A stretch of 64,000 nt of DNA from NCBI GenBank assembly GCA_002104905.1, contig MCFE01000012.1, positions 186,001-250,000 of the forward strand, in the 5' to 3' direction. This document shows, piece by piece, positions 60,800-64,000 of the stretch; positions within the stretch are counted from its first letter, which is position 1, and every line of letters begins with the position of its first letter. A program made the translations under genes and the position numbers. A model generated the notes under the pieces. The model was not told the DNA's origin. It ran no database searches and saw only the letters and a list, made by a program, of their open reading frames with translations. The DNA is from Basidiobolus meristosporus CBS 931.73 (Eukaryota; Fungi; Basidiobolomycota).

Positions 60800-63700
60800 T
60801 TAATATTTTAATTCCAAATTGCTTGAACTGAGCCTGGAGTTCTGAACTAGTGCCAGTCTTTCATTGGTTGTGCCATAGGGTTACTTGGCATTTAGGGGGG
60901 GGGAGACAGTCACCAACAGGTGAAATCTTTATTTCAGTTGAAACAAAGAAGCCAGTGCTACTGTTGTAGCTTTGATACAAGAGTGTGTAGCTGAGGGGAA
61001 TTTGTAGGTAAGTTAATAAGGAGAGATGATAGCTCTTCAGTGCTCAAGACACTGTTCAGTGGGAAGGGGGGTAGCAAGAGGGGTAAGAGTGATTTGTGAA
61101 CAACATTAATAAGGGGAATATGATAAGGATTGATACTCATCACAAAGGGAGTGTGCTGCTTCAGATATTGCTGCCAAAGGTCTGTCAAGTACTTCAGGAA
61201 AGGCCAGCTTGGGTTTTTCTGACTGCAGAATATATTGAGCAGACTTCTTGACTTCAGGATCTCCAAGTATAGTTCTCCAGCAGGAGCCAGGTGTAGTGTG
61301 GTGTTTTCTCTTCCAGGCCTTGATCAGTGGGTTGTTGTAGTGGTGAAGTCCAAGATATAATCTGGTTCTAAGGTAGAGAAGTCTGATCTTATAGGGTGTA
61401 GACCCAAAAGCACCAAGAATTGCATGTCTGTAGGGGCATTCAGGCAGATGAGGGACCAGGGAGGTAATGCGCCAGACTGCAAACTTGTCAAGCTCAGTGC
61501 AGTCTCTAGAAGTAAGAGAGAGAATTGGTAAGCCAAATTCCAGGACAGGGAAGACAAACTGCTTAAGTACAAGGAGGCAGCTGGGAGCTGAAGTTGTAGG
61601 AGGAGTAGCAGCCAGTAGTTGGTGGAGTGCCTGTCTTGCCAGGATAATTCTCTTCTTCAGGTGTGCTCCAGAGTCTAGTCCAGTAGGAAGGAGAGGAAAG
61701 CCAAGATATGTAGCAGAAACCTGAGCAAGTAGAGTATAGTTCTCCTGGCCGATAGGACAGCCCAAAGATACTGTCTTTGGAGTGGAAAGTGGAGATTATT
61801 CTTCTGCAGATACTGGTGGATGGTCTGGGAGTCTTGTTGCATATTGGAGGAGGATACTCTGATGTCATCAGCAAAGAGAGTAACCAAGCAGTCAGCTGAG
61901 AGTCTAGGGAATTCATTCAGGAAGATGGCACACAGTATAAAACCAAGCACAGAGCCTTGAACCACTCCATTAGGAACTAATAACACAGCTGATTGCTCAC
62001 TTGGGTGCAGAATTCCTGATTGTGGATCCAGAAACAATAACCGGACAAGAAGGGTTAGGGGGGAGACAGTCACCAACAGGTGAAATCTTTATTTCAGTTG
62101 AAACAAAGAAGCCAGTGCTACTGTTGTAGCTTTGATACAAGAGTGTGTAGCTAAGGGGAATTTGTAGGTAAGTTTACAAGCAGTGATGATAGTTCTCCAG
62201 TGCTCAAGACACTGTTCAGAGGGAAGGGGGGTAGCAAGAGGGGTATGAATGATTTGTGAACAACATTAAAGAGGGGAATATGATAAGGATTTATATTCAT
62301 CATAAAGGGAGTGTGCTGCTTCAGATATTGCTGCCAAAGGTCTGTCAAGTACTTCAGGAAAGGCCAGCTTGGGTTTTTCTGACTGCAGAATATATTGAGC
62401 AGACTTCTTGACTTCAGGATCTCCAAGTATAGTTCTCCAGCAGGAGCCAGGTGTAGCATGGTGTGTTCTCTTCCAGGTCTTGATCAGTGGGTTGTTGCAG
62501 TGGTGAAGTCTGACATATAAACTGGTTATAAGGTAGAGTAGTCTGATCTTGTAGGGCATAAACCCAAAAGCTCCAAGAATAGCATGTCTGTAAGGGCATT
62601 CAGGCAGATGAGGCACCAGGGATGTAATGCACCAGACTGCAAACCTGTCAAGTTTAGTGCAGTCTCTAGAAGTAAGAGAGAGAAGTGGTAAGCCAAATTC
62701 CAGGACAGGGAAGACAAACTGCTTGAGTAGAAGGAGGCAGCTGGGAGCTGAAGTTGTAGGAGGAGTAACAGCCAGTAGCTTGTGGAGTGCTTGTCTTGCC
62801 AGGATAATTCACATCAGGTGTGCTCCAGAGTCTATTCCAGTAGGAAGGAAAGGAAAGCCAAGATATGTAGCAGAAACTTGAGCAGGTAGAGTGTAGTTGT
62901 CCAAGTTGATAGGACAACCCAAAGGTACTGTCTTTGCAATGGAAAGCTGGAGATTATTCTTCTACAGATACTGGTGGATGGACTGGGAATCTTGTTGCAC
63001 ATTGGAGGAGGATATTCTGATGTCATCAGCAAAAAGAGTAACCAGGCAGTCAGCTGAGAGTCTTGGGAAGTCATTCAGGAGGATGGCAATCAGTATAGCA
63101 CCAAACACAGTGCCTTGAACCACCTCATTAGGAACTGAGAACACAGCTGATTGCTCACTTGGGTGCAGAATTCTTGCTTGTGGATCCAGAATCAGAGACC
63201 TGACAAGGAGGGTGAGAAATATACTGGAGAGGCATTGCAACTTGGACCAGAGCAGATCTCTGTCAGCTGAATCAAAGGCCTTAGTAATATCAAACAGAAT
63301 AGAGTGATACTTGCACTGGAGAGAGTGATCTTGGCTAAGTATGACTGCATATTTCAAGGAGAGGCCAGCAACAAAGCCAAACTGTGCAGGGTGAGACTTG
63401 AGGGAGTCAGTGTAGAGCTCCTGTGCAATCAGAAGCTCAAACACCTTTCTGCAGGTGGGCAGCAGAGAAATTGGCCTGTAGGAGCTAGGATCCAGGTGCA
63501 TTCCTTTACCCTTGTACAGTGGCAGAACATTGGCAAAGGACCATTCCTCAGGAATAGAAAGCTGGGTGGAGCATTGCTGAACAGTGGAAGCAGAAGAGCA
63601 GACATGGCCTTGGTACTAGTCTTCAGAAGCACATATGAGATTGTGTCCACACCTGGAGCAGTAGAATTGGGAAGCTTCTTGAGCACATTCTGGATTCTCT

Positions 63701-64000
63701 CTTGATCAAGTGCAAGTGGGATTGGCAGAGTCTTAAAGTAAGGATGAAAGCCAGGAGTTGAGTACTGCCTTGTAGTGAAGAAGATGTTAGTCAGCTGTTC
63801 TGTTGAAGGTAACTTCCTGGAAGAGGGCCTCATTGCCCTGTAGAGTCTTGACACTGTTCTTGTTATAGAGTTGGAAGATTGCAGAGGCAAAGAACTCATA
63901 ATATGATCCCAGAGCTGAGTATGCAGAGTGTGGTGAATTGCCTTGGAGTGGTGTATGGCTGTCAGGAGGAGTTTCTCTGTTTTTGGGTTAGAGAAACTCA
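60800..64000 (-). mobile_element. Degenerate non-LTR retrotransposon (LINE) reverse transcriptase region and 3' end
   Basis: STAPGVDTI, SSYRPISLL..CRKVFE, QFGF, DITKAFDS, GVVQGSVLG..L, LFADD; frameshifts; runs off the window end. Confidence 0.93.
60892..63212 (-). repeat. Internal tandem duplication in the LINE (60892-62054 and 62055-63212, period ~1160 bp)
   Basis: ggggagacagtcaccaacaggtgaaatcttatttcagttgaaacaaagaagccag at ~60900 and ~62060; colinear thereafter. Confidence 0.92.

Noticed and set aside
1-64000. tRNA, rRNA or CRISPR arrays
   Set aside because: None recognisable by eye; tRNAscan-SE or Infernal would be needed to exclude small ncRNAs

Overview
Eukaryotic genomic DNA, almost certainly fungal. 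Short 55-130 nt GT-AG introns with CTAAC-like branch points and the gene set (Con7, PacC, metacaspase, GPI-type chitin deacetylase, DUF1769) point to fungi. An animal-type INPP4 suggests an early-diverging, non-Dikarya lineage (inference). The window has three compartments. (1) 1-~14.1 kb is an almost CpG-free nest of DNA transposons: a CMC/EnSpm element with long TIRs, a nested two-gene PIF/Harbinger element, MITEs and a fold-back. (2) ~14.1-60.8 kb holds about 11 intact-looking genes (Con7-like TF, Ser-rich orphan, DUF1769, chitin deacetylase, DET1-like histidine phosphatase, metacaspase, PacC, INPP4, macro-domain protein, TVP15/COPI-associated-like protein, C2H2 TF) plus decayed gene remnants, including a SABATH methyltransferase pseudogene. 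(3) 60.8-64 kb is a CpG-depleted LINE with an internal 1.16-kb tandem duplication. I see no convincing new multi-gene system. The most notable single observations are the INPP4 orthologue, an apparent GA-AG intron needed to keep the DET1 catalytic Glu, the SABATH pseudogene, the polyPro/SQSNYN repeat prodomain of the metacaspase, and a flanking-context bias in CpG loss. All family calls are by motif recognition from memory; no searches were run.
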